Source of the DNA: Gammaproteobacteria bacterium
GTDB lineage: Bacteria > Pseudomonadota > Gammaproteobacteria > JABABF01
Assembly: GCA_965205525.1 (NCBI GenBank)
Contig: OZ242171.1
Span: 6,289 to 70,288 of the forward strand
Reading direction: 5' to 3'
DNA length: 64,000 nt
The first letter of the stretch is position 1; every line of letters begins with the position of its first letter. Made by a program: the position numbers and the translations under genes. Shown in pieces: positions 29,045 through 39,483 of this stretch. The notes under the pieces were generated by a model. It was not told where the DNA came from and did not search any database. It saw only the letters and a program-made list of their open reading frames with translations.

Positions 29045-30103
29045 TCAGGTGCGCACATCAAGCTGGTACACTTTTTTCTTGTCCCAAGAGTGGGGCACAG
29101 ATTTTATATCCATATAAAACTGCTGATACCACTGCCGCAGCTTGTTCACCGGACCATCGCCATCGCACAGCACCGGGTTATCCACCCGCACTTTGTTGTG
29201 CCAGATGTCTACATCCTGGCCGAAGGCGATTTGGTTCTGCTCCACGTAGGTGTCTACCATCGCCTGGTTTTCCTCTGCACTCATCTGCGGATTTTTCTTG
29301 ACCATCACACCAAAGCGCAGATCAAAACTCTCAGTGGTGACCGGTATATGGGTGACCAATAGCCGGGAAGCTACATCTACGCCATCCACCTGGCCGGTCA
29401 TGTAGGTGTTCATGTACGCAGGGCCGTAGTAGGTCGCAATGCTGGTGAGGGGCTCGCCTTCGGACAGGCGCTCGCTGGAGCCCTTTGCAATCTGGGTGTA
29501 GGTGTGCTTTTCCACTTCGTTGGAAAACTCTGTCATGGGGGCGCCGTGCACCGGGCCGAAATGACCGAAGTCCGCCATGTTGTCCACCAGCTCCCGGCAG
29601 TTGGTTTTGATATGCATTTTGCTCGTGTGCCAGGAGGACCATTCCTCTGAGAAGCAGTCATCAATGTGGGGGATGCGCTGTTCCTCTATGGGCGGGTTGC
29701 CCTCCGGATCATTCCATACGAACAGCAGCTGATTTTCCTCCATCGTCAGCCACGCCCGCGTGACCGCCTTGTCGGGGATGCGCTTGGCGTAGGGGATATC
29801 ATCGCAGACACCGTCCGGCCCCCAGCGCCAGGCGTGGAAGGGACAGCGAATGGAGTCGCCCTCCACGCAGCCCTGGCTCAGGTCGGCCCCCATATGCGGG
29901 CAGTAGGCATCTAAGATATGCATCTGGCCGCTGGCTCCCCGATAAGCCGCTAGCCGGGTGCCGAAATATTCCAGCATCTGGGGTTTTTCAGTGTACTCCG
30001 AGGCTAAGCCCAGGCAATGCCACCCCCGAGCGTAGCGCTCTTCCAAGGTTGCGGCTTCTATTACACGGGCTTGGAGCTGTGCTGACATGGTTTCTACCCT
30101 CAT
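29045..30103 (-). CDS. Rieske [2Fe-2S] non-haem iron oxygenase, KshA-like (3-ketosteroid 9alpha-hydroxylase family) oxygenase subunit
   Basis: Rieske motif CPHMG...CPFHAWRW. N-terminus RYARGWHCLGLA and overall collinearity with KshA. Mononuclear iron site follows (D..H...H). Confidence 0.8.
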   Translation of the reverse strand: MRVETMSAQLQARVIEAATLEERYARGWHCLGLASEYTEKPQMLEYFGTRLAAYRGASGQMHILDAYCPHMGADLSQGCVEGDSIRCPFHAWRWGPDGVCDDIPYAKRIPDKAVTRAWLTMEENQLLFVWNDPEGNPPIEEQRIPHIDDCFSEEWSSWHTSKMHIKTNCRELVDNMADFGHFGPVHGAPMTEFSNEVEKHTYTQIAKGSSERLSEGEPLTSIATYYGPAYMNTYMTGQVDGVDVASRLLVTHIPVTTESFDLRFGVMVKKNPQMSAEENQAMVDTYVEQNQIAFGQDVDIWHNKVRVDNPVLCDGDGPVNKLRQWYQQFYMDIKSVPHSWDKKKVYQLDVRT

Positions 30104-30168
30104 CGCAGGCGGCCATTGCCTGGCCGCCGATATACTTGTCTAGGATGGCGCAAAGCGTACTCCACCGC

Positions 30169-30225
30169 CCTTGCAAGGTCAAGCAGTAAACCTTCGGATG
30201 TTTCCCTGGTACAGAAATTCTGTAC
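30169..30225. promoter_or_regulatory. Two perfect palindromes (CCTTGCAAGG; GTACAGAA-A-TTCTGTAC) in the divergent promoter region upstream of the KshA-like gene
   Basis: Read directly from the sequence at 30169..30178 and 30209..30225, about 65-105 nt upstream of the oxygenase start. Candidate repressor operators. Confidence 0.35.
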
Positions 30226-30388
30226 ATCTCGCCGAGCAGTGCAATGAGCCTGCCGGATTTTCACAGTCAGCGGGTCCCTGCCGCCGGACGACAGGGGAGA
30301 GCTGCGCGCATGCTGAGGTTTCGGCAATCGCAATATGGGAATATGATAGGCGCATTCAATTCTGGCCAATGGCACTAATCCGACCGGC

Positions 30389-30859
30389 ATGATCCGCTTT
30401 CTCCTTGCGGCTCTTCTCCTTCTGGGGGCATGGCTTTTCCTTCGCAGTCTGCATCGTAGCTACGGTCGGCGCATGTGGCTGCCTGTGATTATTGTCACGG
30501 CCGTGCTGGTGCTGGCGGTGATGGCGGCGGCGGGGCGGATGCACTGGGTTGGCCCAGCCGCTGCTGCTCTATTCGCCAGCCTGTTCGCCGCCCTGAAATT
30601 CCTTCTTCCGCGTCTTTTGACCCTGCTGCCTTGGCTGATGAGATGGCGGCATAGCCGAAATCAGACACCGCCGGATGCGGGGGCGAAGCCGATGGACCGG
30701 GAGCAGGCCCTGGCTGTGCTGGGGCTGAAGGAAAGGGCCAGTCGGGAAGAGATTCTCGCTGCCCATCGGCGCCTGATGCAGAAAATTCATCCGGACCGTG
30801 GGGGCACCCAGCACTTGGCAGGAACCCTAAATCGCGCCCGGGACGTGCTGCTGGGCTAG
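30389..30859 (+). CDS. Membrane protein with C-terminal J domain (DnaJ-like, HPD motif)
   Basis: Two N-terminal TM helices. C-terminal EILAAHRRLMQKIHPDRGG matches the J-domain HPD motif region. Confidence 0.65.
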   Translation: MIRFLLAALLLLGAWLFLRSLHRSYGRRMWLPVIIVTAVLVLAVMAAAGRMHWVGPAAAALFASLFAALKFLLPRLLTLLPWLMRWRHSRNQTPPDAGAKPMDREQALAVLGLKERASREEILAAHRRLMQKIHPDRGGTQHLAGTLNRARDVLLG

Positions 30860-30922
30860 TAACCTGCGTGAGGTCCAGCCGTTCCCGGCGCCAATAAAGA
30901 GAGCGCGCCCGCTTTTATCCCG

Positions 30923-32524
30923 TCATCCGGGGCGGCGATCTCGCCAGGGGCGGGCCTTTTCTAACTGCGCACCGAACCGAAACAGGGTGGCCTCATCGCC
31001 GAAACGGGCGGCAAACATAGTGCCGATGGGCACTTGGTCGGCATTCCAGTACAGCGGCACAGACATGGCCGGCTGTCCGGTGATGTTGTACAGCGTGGTA
31101 AAGATCACAAAGGGCAGCACCCTGCGTGCAAAATCCTCGGCATTCTGTCCCAGGTCCAGATAGCCTAAGGGGGGAGGCGGTGCGGCCAAGGTGGGGGTCA
31201 GCACGATATCAAAGTCCCGCATGAAATGCGCCGCCTGCACCATCGTCTGCTCCAGCTGGCGCCGGGCTGCCAGATATTGCGCCCCGTTAATCTTCCGGCC
31301 CCCCTCTACCCGCAGCAGGGTCAGGGGCTCTAATTCTGCCGCCGATACTGGCTGTCCGCGTCTCTGCTCCACTGCCTGCACCGTGCTTAGGGCGCTCACG
31401 CTGAGTATTGCGCCGGCGGCAGCGGCAATTTTTTGCACGGGGATGTCCAGTGCCGGCATCTGCACGATTTCGTGGCCCAGTTCGCTGCATAGATCCGTTG
31501 CATCCCGCAGCGCCGCCAGACAGTCCGGATGCAGCGGTATAGCATTTTCAGCGTTCCCATAGGAGGCGGGCACTGCGATGCGAAGACGCCCCGGAGACCT
31601 TTTTGTTTCCTCCAGATAGGGCCGCTTGGGCGGCGGCGGCCCGTTTGTTGCGCCCGGTTCCAGCCCTTGGGTTGCATCCAGCAGGGCCGCGCTGTCTCGC
31701 ACGGTGCGGGTTATGGCGTGCCCCACCGAGAGACCCGCGTTGACTTCAAGGGGGGAGGGCCCCAGAGGGGTTCGGCCGCGGCTGGTTTTCAGACCGAACA
31801 GGCCGCAGCAGGAGGCGGGAATGCGGATTGAGCCGCCGCCGTCGGTGGCGTGGGCAGCGGGAAGCACCCCCGCCGCCACCGCTGCCGCCGCACCGCCGGA
31901 GGAGCCGCCACTGCTGAGATTGGTGTTCCAGGGATTGCGAGTGGCACCGAACAGGAGCGACTCAGTGGTGACAGAGCCGCCGAATTCCGGTGTCGTCGTT
32001 CTGCCGAAGATCACCAGGCCTGCCCGCTGGCAGCGGTGTACGAGGGTGCTGGTAAAAGAGGAGGTGAAATCGCGAAACAGCCGTGAGCCGGAGGTGGTGC
32101 GTGTGCCCTCCAGGTGCAGGCCCAGATCCTTCAGAAGATAGGGCACTCCGGCAAGAGGGCCCTCCGGCAGGCCCTTGGCAATTCTCTGCCGCGCATGCTC
32201 GTAGAGGCGCACGGCCATAAAGTTCAGCTCCGGGTTGACTGCTTCCGCGCTTTGGATGGCATAGTCCAGCAGCTCCAGGGGGTCTGCATCCCCGCGGCGG
32301 ACCAGCTGTGCAAGCCCCACCGCGTCGTAGCTGCGGTATTCCTCTAATCTGGACAGCGAGCGTACCGAGGCGCAGCCTGGCAGGACAGGACTCAGGGCGG
32401 CACCGGCAGCCAGCAGTGCAGAGCCCCGCAGCAAATCTCTGCGGCGGGGCCGAAGATAGTCGGCGCTGTCGGTTGGTTCGCGCTTTGCCGCGAGAGATGC
32501 GGAAGCATTTGTCTTTTTGTTCAT
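30923..32524 (-). CDS. Amidase-signature family amidase with Tat signal peptide
   Basis: Twin-arginine motif RRRDLLRGSALLAAGAA. Amidase signature GGSSGGAAAAVA...GGSIRIPAS with Ser-cisSer-Lys triad context. Confidence 0.85.
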   Translation of the reverse strand: MNKKTNASASLAAKREPTDSADYLRPRRRDLLRGSALLAAGAALSPVLPGCASVRSLSRLEEYRSYDAVGLAQLVRRGDADPLELLDYAIQSAEAVNPELNFMAVRLYEHARQRIAKGLPEGPLAGVPYLLKDLGLHLEGTRTTSGSRLFRDFTSSFTSTLVHRCQRAGLVIFGRTTTPEFGGSVTTESLLFGATRNPWNTNLSSGGSSGGAAAAVAAGVLPAAHATDGGGSIRIPASCCGLFGLKTSRGRTPLGPSPLEVNAGLSVGHAITRTVRDSAALLDATQGLEPGATNGPPPPKRPYLEETKRSPGRLRIAVPASYGNAENAIPLHPDCLAALRDATDLCSELGHEIVQMPALDIPVQKIAAAAGAILSVSALSTVQAVEQRRGQPVSAAELEPLTLLRVEGGRKINGAQYLAARRQLEQTMVQAAHFMRDFDIVLTPTLAAPPPPLGYLDLGQNAEDFARRVLPFVIFTTLYNITGQPAMSVPLYWNADQVPIGTMFAARFGDEATLFRFGAQLEKARPWRDRRPG

Positions 32525-32568
32525 GATTTAGCTTTACTCCGCGAAAAACAGCAGATCAAGGGTCGATT

Positions 32569-33414
32569 CTAACCTTTCGCCGCCCGCGCCAGAATCCGCT
32601 CCGCCGCCGCCGCATGCAGGCTTTCCACCACTCGGCCATCCGCCACCGCGATGCCGCGCCCCTCGGCTTCCGCTTTTCGCCAGGCGGCGAGGGTTCTTTT
32701 TGCCTGTTCAATTTCCGCCGCGCTCGGCGCAAACACCCGGTTGGCGATATCCACCTGATCCGGGTGCACCAGAGTCTTGCCGTCAAAGCCCAGCCGGCGC
32801 CCCTGCTTGCAGGCAGCTTCAAAACCTTCCATGTCCCGAAAGTCCAGGTGCACGCCGTCCAAGATTTCTATGCCCGCCGCCCGGGCTGCCAGTACCGCGT
32901 GGGACAGGGCGTATTGCAGCCCTGCACGCTCCCGGGTGTGGGGCACCCGAAGCATGGCAGTCAGGTCTGAAGTGCCCATCACCAGCAATTCAACCCTGGG
33001 GTGGGCGGCGATGGCAGCGGCGGCCAGCACCCCCGCCGGGGTTTCAATCATCGCCCAGAGGGGAATGTCGCTGTCTGCCGCAGCCAGCCAGCTGGCCGCC
33101 ATGTCCAGCATTTCAACGGTCTCCACCTTCGGCAGCACCGCCGCATCTGCGCCTGCCGCTGCCGCCATATCCTCTCGCCCCCAGGGTGTATCCGCTCCAT
33201 TGACCCGCAGTGCGCGCTCGCCGGTGCGCCAGCCATCTTCGGCTAGCGCCCGGACAGCATTTTCTCGGGCCTGCTCCTTGCCAGAGGGTGCCACCGCATC
33301 CTCCAGGTCAATGATGACCATGTCTGCGGGCAGGGCAGCTGCCTTTGCCAGTGCCCGAGGCTTGTCGCCCGGCACAAACAGTGCGCTGCGGCGGGGGGAG
33401 ATTTTGTGTGACAT
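32569..33414 (-). CDS. HpcH/HpaI aldolase / citrate lyase beta (CitE)-like lyase
   Basis: CitE/malyl-CoA lyase family pattern (SALFVPGD...IIDLEDAV...ETP..V). Start set at the internal Met (33414). Confidence 0.7.
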   Translation of the reverse strand: MSHKISPRRSALFVPGDKPRALAKAAALPADMVIIDLEDAVAPSGKEQARENAVRALAEDGWRTGERALRVNGADTPWGREDMAAAAGADAAVLPKVETVEMLDMAASWLAAADSDIPLWAMIETPAGVLAAAAIAAHPRVELLVMGTSDLTAMLRVPHTRERAGLQYALSHAVLAARAAGIEILDGVHLDFRDMEGFEAACKQGRRLGFDGKTLVHPDQVDIANRVFAPSAAEIEQAKRTLAAWRKAEAEGRGIAVADGRVVESLHAAAAERILARAAKG

Positions 33415-33587
33415 GCTGCTTGCCTGAGAGCTGATCTTTTTGCGCAGCCCGGCGGAAATCAATATATAGCCTTTAGATCACCCAGGTGGACAGACCGGCA
33501 GCCCCCAGCACGGCTTCCAAGGTATCGGCAGCCGTCCGCCGGAGGAGATGCGGCACCCTAATCCTCGCGGGCAGAAAACGCGGGCTT

Positions 33588-33932
33588 TTACTGGCCGCCC
33601 TGGGCACTGGGGAGATGCACCACCAGATCCTCCAGATCCTCCGTGAGAATAATCTGACAGCCGAGACGGCTGGTCTCCCGACGGTGGCTGGCGGTATCCA
33701 GCATCGTCAGCTCTTGGGACACGGGGGGCGGTATCTTGTCTTTCCATTCTCCTTCAATGTAACAGTGGCAGGTGGCGCAGGAGCACATGCCGCCGCAGAC
33801 CGCCTCAATGCCGGGCACCATGTTCAGCTGCGCACCCTCCATAACCGTCATGCCTGACTCCACATCCACCTTATGCTCTGTGCCGCCGTGCTCAATGTAG
33901 GTGACAGAGGGCATATCAATTTTTCCTGCCAA
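33588..33932 (-). CDS. Adrenodoxin/putidaredoxin-type [2Fe-2S] ferredoxin (intact copy)
   Basis: Cys ligands C-x5-C-x2-C...C ([12 protein letters not shown] ... RLGCQI). The probable start is MPSVTY at 33914. Its 5' 53 codons are duplicated at 36324..36548 and 38293..38520. Confidence 0.85.
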   Translation of the reverse strand: MAGKIDMPSVTYIEHGGTEHKVDVESGMTVMEGAQLNMVPGIEAVCGGMCSCATCHCYIEGEWKDKIPPPVSQELTMLDTASHRRETSRLGCQIILTEDLEDLVVHLPSAQGGQ

Positions 33933-33967
33933 AACGAGAGATTCTATTGTATATGGTTTTCATGGGA

Positions 33968-34165
33968 TCATAAAAAGATTGCATACGGTAATTTTAGGTT
34001 TTCCCACGCGGAAAGAGGATGGTTTGTTATGGCTTCGGGAATATCAATATTCTGATCCTGAAGTAGTTTGGTTGCTTTCTCCCTTGTCAGCCGGGCATCC
34101 TTGAGCGAATCAAGCCAGCGATCTAATTGATCAAGAGTGGTTTGTTGGTAGATTTTTAGTTGCAT
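33968..34165 (-). CDS. Conserved small ORF (65 aa; second copy 36602..36775, 57 aa), translationally coupled to the upstream TPR-DUF2971 gene
   Basis: MQLK[IT]Y[QR]QT.LDQLDRWLDSLKDARLT.EKA..LL...ITNHPLSAWENLKLPYAIFL is conserved in both repeat units. Its ATG overlaps the upstream gene stop (TAATG) in both copies. No family recognised. Confidence 0.45.
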   Translation of the reverse strand: MQLKIYQQTTLDQLDRWLDSLKDARLTREKATKLLQDQNIDIPEAITNHPLSAWENLKLPYAIFL

Positions 34166-36308
34166 TAATAATTTCTGTATGGAATACCCGATTTCTTTAC
34201 TGTTAAATCTTTCCACTGCTGTTGCTTTTTCAACCATTTTTTCCACTCGGCTGGCCTTTGCGCATTGGGGCCGAGGATAACCTCGTTAAAGCGAAAGTCT
34301 TTATCTGTTTCCAGGTAGAAACGTGGAGGGATATTCTCCATGTCAGTTTCTATCTCATCCGGTTTTGTCTCATCCGGTCCCTGTTGCTGATTTTCTTCTG
34401 TAAGATGACGAAAACGAATAACCCGCAGCTCTTTTTCTTCTTTATAGTGGTCTGCTTTGAAAAGAAAACGGATTTCATCGAGCAGTTCACGGACAAGTTT
34501 TAGAAGTGTATCTTTGTAAAGTTTATCTTTGGGAAGCATATCTTCGGGAAGTTTATCTTTGGGAAGTTTGTCCTTTATTTTCTGTAATGAGTCCGCTACT
34601 TTCTTCAATTCATCTGCCAATTTCACCTTCATTTCCCCCTTCATTTCCCCCTTCATTTCCCCCTTCATTTCCCCCTTCATTTCCCCCTTCATTTCCCCCT
34701 TCATTTCCCCCTTCATTTCCTCCTTCATTTCCTCCTTCATTTCCTCCTTCATTTCCTCTTGGTAAACAATTCTATAAAGCGGTGGTTTGGCTGGAATTTT
34801 TTGGCTTGCCTTATCCAATTGAAGCATTTCTCCTATTGCTGCCGAGAAATTTTCAGCAAAACAATCCCTATCATGTTTGAAAACAAGACAGACTCCCCCG
34901 GCTTCCTTTCCATCATGTTTGCCGTATGTGCGCCATAAAAACAGCTTGTCTTTCTTCTCGTCTTTCTGCTTGTCTTTCTGCTTGTCCTCGGGATCTACAG
35001 TAACAAAACTGCCAATATACGCTGGGGAAATATACGAAGATATGTCTGGATAAAAATCATCCTTCACATTGACTTTGTGTTCTTCCATTATTTGGGAAAA
35101 CACATCCCCTTCTTCTGGATCATTCATATATCCAGCATTATAAAGCCGGAAACATCCTTTTTCTCCGACAAGATTTTTCAGGGTATGTAAAGAAGTATAA
35201 TGCGCAACTTCTCTTGTCTCTTCTTCTCTTGTCTCTTCGTCTCTTCGGGCTTTTGGAACAAGCGAGCTTGTATTGTTTTGATTGCTTTGAACAAATCACA
35301 TAAAATATTAAAAATTTCAGATCTATCTCTGTATTGATGAATATCTTTAAGATGAAATGCTATGTAAACCAATACATGCTGAAATCTCACACTCGAGTCA
35401 AATTCGCAACATTTTAAAAAACTCTTAAGAGAGCATTCGTAATCAAGCTTCAAATAATATGCAATGCCCCTCCCGAGATAAGCCGCTGCATTTTTTTTGT
35501 CTAGTGCTATTGCTTCATCAAAAGCTGTAATGGCACGGTCATAATCGTCCTTAGAACGGTCATAATCGTCCTTAGGATGGTCATAATTGCCCTTAGACAT
35601 GTATGCATGGCCCTTCGCGAGATAAGCCGCTATATTCTTTGGGCCTAGTGCTATTGCTTTATCGGAATCTGTAATGGCACGGTTATAATCTCCCTGCGAA
35701 CAATATGCAATGCCTCTCTCGACATAAGCCGCCGTATAATTTTTGTCTAGTTCTATTGCTTCATCAAAAGCTGTAATGGCACTGTCATAATCATCACCCT
35801 TACCCCTCGAAAAATATGCATTGCCTCTCCAGTAATAAGTCTCCGCATCCTTAGGTTTTGGCTCAATTGCCTTGTCGGAGTCTGTAATGGCACGGTCATA
35901 ATCTCCCTTATATATGTATGCGATGCTTCTCCATTTATAAGAATCCGCATCCTTAGGTTTTAACTCAATTGCTTTATCAATATCTGTAATGGCACGGTCA
36001 TTATCTCCCTTAGATCTGTATGCAATGCCTCTCCCGACATAAGCCCCTGTATTATTTGGGTCTAGTGCTATTGCTTTATCGAAATCTGTAATAGCACGGT
36101 CATTATCTCCCTTCGAAAAATATGTAATACCTCTCAATTCATAAGCAGCCGCATTTTTTTTGTCTAGTGCTATTGCTTTGCCAAAAGCTGTAATGGCACG
36201 ATCATAATCACCCTTTTTATGGTATTCTATAGCTCGCTTTATATAAGCAGCCACATTATTTTCTATAGGCTCTTGAGGATCGCCTTGATTTCCATTTGTC
36301 TCCGTCAT
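34165..36308 (-). pseudogene. Disrupted TPR-DUF2971-like gene (repeat unit A), split into a TPR ORF (35178..36308) and a C-terminal ORF (34165..35127)
   Basis: Collinear with the intact 500-aa paralog 36775..38277. A 23-nt expansion of a TCTCTTG/C short repeat at about 35205-35250 shifts the frame after LFQKP. The TPR array is expanded to ~8 repeats. The C-terminal part carries an in-frame 12-bp x11 repeat (EEMK/GEMK). Confidence 0.7.
34627..34758. repeat. 12-bp microsatellite (cttcatttcccc/cttcatttcctc) x11, in-frame within a coding region
   Basis: Perfect head-to-tail copies read directly from the sequence. On the minus strand they encode (EEMK)4(GEMK)7. The array is absent from the paralog in unit B. 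Confidence 0.95.
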
Positions 36309-36323
36309 AATTACCTCGTTAAA

Positions 36324-36548
36324 TTATAAATGCCGTAAGGAAGTTGTACGAAAGTTATTTCTTGTCCGGTCAATTCTTTCTGTCCCATCAATGTAACAGT
36401 GGCAGGTGGCGCAGGAGCACAGGCCGCCGCAGACCGCCTCAATGCCGGGCACCGTGTTCAGCTGCGCACCCTCCATAACCGTCATGCCTGACTCCACCGC
36501 CACCCTATGCTCTGTGCCGCCGTGCTCAATGTAGGTGACAGAGGGCAT
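36324..36548 (-). pseudogene. Truncated duplicate of the 2Fe-2S ferredoxin gene (5' 53 codons, then junction-derived tail)
   Basis: [51 protein letters not shown] matches the ferredoxin at 33588..33932. It diverges at the repeat junction into ...[21 protein letters not shown]. Confidence 0.8.
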
Positions 36549-36774
36549 ATCAATTTCTCTTGCCAGGACGAAAGATTCTATTGTATATGGTTTTCATGGG
36601 ATCATAAAAAGATTGCATACGGTAATTTTAGGTTTTCCCACGCGGAAAGAGGATGGTTTGTTATGGCTTCAAGTAGTTCGACCGCTTTCTCGCTTGTCAG
36701 CCGAGCATCCTTGAGCGAATCAAGCCAGCGATCTAATTGATCAAGGGCAGTTTGTCGGTAGGTTTTGAGTTGCA

Positions 36775-38277
36775 TTAAGAATTTCTGTATTTAATTTTGG
36801 ATTCCTCTACTGTTAAACCTTTCCACTGCTGTTTCAACCATTTTTTCCACTCGGCTGGCCTTTGCGCATTGGGGCCGAGGATGACCTCGTTAAAGCGAAA
36901 GTCTTTATCTGTTTCCAGGTAGAAACGTGGGGGGATTTTCTCCATGTCAATTTTTACCTCATCCGATCCCTGTTGCTGATTTTCTTTTCTAGAATCACGA
37001 ACACAAATAGCCCGCAACTCTTTTTCTTCTTTATAGTGGTCTGCCTTGAAAAGAAAGCGGATTTCATCGAGCAGTTCACGGACAAGTTTTAGAAGTGTAT
37101 CTTTGTAAAGTTTATCTTTGGGAAGCATATCTTCGGGAAGTTTATCTTTGGGAAGTTTATCCTTTATTTTCTGTAATGAGACCGCTACTTTTCCCAATTC
37201 ATCTTCCAATTCCTTTATTTCACCTTGGTAAGCAACTTTATAAAGCGGCGGTTTGGCTAGAATTTTTTGGCTTTCCTTATCATCCAATTGATCCATTTTC
37301 CCTATTGTTTCTAAGAGAGTTTCAGCAAAACAATCTCCATCATGTTTGAAAACAAGACAGGCTCCCCCAGCTTCCTTTCCATCATGTTTGCCGTATGTGC
37401 GCCATAAAAACAGTTTGTCTTTCTTCTCGTCTTTCTGCTTGTCCCCGGAATCTACAGTAACAAAACTGCCAATATACGCTGGGGAAATATACGAAGATAT
37501 GTCTGGATAAAAATCATCCTTCACATTGACATCGTGTTTTTCCATTATTTGGGAAAACACATCCCCTTCTTCCGGATCATTCATATATGCGGCATTATAA
37601 AGCCGGAAACGTCCTTTTCCTCCGACAAGATTTTTCAGGGTATGCAAGGAAGTATAATGCGCAACTTCTCTTCTATTTTGGGGCTTTTGGAACAAGCGAG
37701 ATTGTGTCATTCTGATTGCTGATGACAAATCAAGTAAAATGTTAAAAGTTTCACCTCTGCATTGCTTTAAATCTTTAAGACAAAATGCTATGTAAATAGT
37801 TATATTATTAAATTTTATCCTCGGGTCGCGTTTGTCAACTTCCAAAAAGTCATCAAGAGAACAGTCATAATTACCATTCTTATGATATGTCAAGCCTCTC
37901 CATTCATAAGTATTCGTATCCTTAGGTTTTAGTTTTATTGCCTTGTTGAAGTCTCTAATGGCACGGCAATAATTACCCTTAGTATGATATACAATGCCTC
38001 TAAATTTATAAGTATCTGCATCCTTAGGTTTTAGTTTTATTGCCTTGTTGAAGTCTCTAATGGCGCTGGCATAATTGCCGTTAAAATGGTATGAAATGCC
38101 TCTACGTTTATAAACTTCTGTATTATTTGAGTCTAGTTCTATTGCTTTAGAAAAAGCTGTAATGGCACGGTCATAATCGCCCTTAGAATAATATGCTTCA
38201 CCTTGCTTTATATAAGCAGCCACATTATTTTCTATAGGCTCTTGAGGATCGCCTTGATTTCCATTTGTCTCCGTCAT
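36775..38277 (-). CDS. TPR-repeat (x4) protein fused to a C-terminal DUF2971-like domain (intact paralog, repeat unit B)
   Basis: The N-terminal half has four 34-aa TPR units (G.Y..AI.DF.KAI.L.P). The C-terminal half has the motif series AHYTSLHTLKNLV...RLYNAAYMNDPEEG...LFLWRTYGKHDGKEAGGACLVF...EEKELRA, which matches the conserved blocks of DUF2971 as remembered (LYKY...FNDPFE...MWSHYA..HKG.C..F). AT-rich relative to flanks. Confidence 0.5.
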   Translation of the reverse strand: MTETNGNQGDPQEPIENNVAAYIKQGEAYYSKGDYDRAITAFSKAIELDSNNTEVYKRRGISYHFNGNYASAIRDFNKAIKLKPKDADTYKFRGIVYHTKGNYCRAIRDFNKAIKLKPKDTNTYEWRGLTYHKNGNYDCSLDDFLEVDKRDPRIKFNNITIYIAFCLKDLKQCRGETFNILLDLSSAIRMTQSRLFQKPQNRREVAHYTSLHTLKNLVGGKGRFRLYNAAYMNDPEEGDVFSQIMEKHDVNVKDDFYPDISSYISPAYIGSFVTVDSGDKQKDEKKDKLFLWRTYGKHDGKEAGGACLVFKHDGDCFAETLLETIGKMDQLDDKESQKILAKPPLYKVAYQGEIKELEDELGKVAVSLQKIKDKLPKDKLPEDMLPKDKLYKDTLLKLVRELLDEIRFLFKADHYKEEKELRAICVRDSRKENQQQGSDEVKIDMEKIPPRFYLETDKDFRFNEVILGPNAQRPAEWKKWLKQQWKGLTVEESKIKYRNS

Positions 38278-38292
38278 ACTTGCCTCATTAAA

Positions 38293-39458
<1,166 letters not shown>

Positions 39459-39483
39459 TCTGTCAGGGACAGGCGGCAGGTGA

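Noticed and set aside
33873-34055. Plus-strand 60-aa ORFs (33873..34055, 36507..36740) in the ferredoxin upstream regions
   Set aside because: They lie opposite the conserved minus-strand small ORF and ferredoxin stubs. Their conservation is explained by the segmental repeat itself.
34529-34765. Plus-strand ORF translating to SPFISPFISPF… and possible CRISPR-like periodicity
   Set aside because: It is the reverse-strand reading of the 12-bp microsatellite inside a minus-strand gene. There are no spacers and no cas genes, so it is not a CRISPR array.
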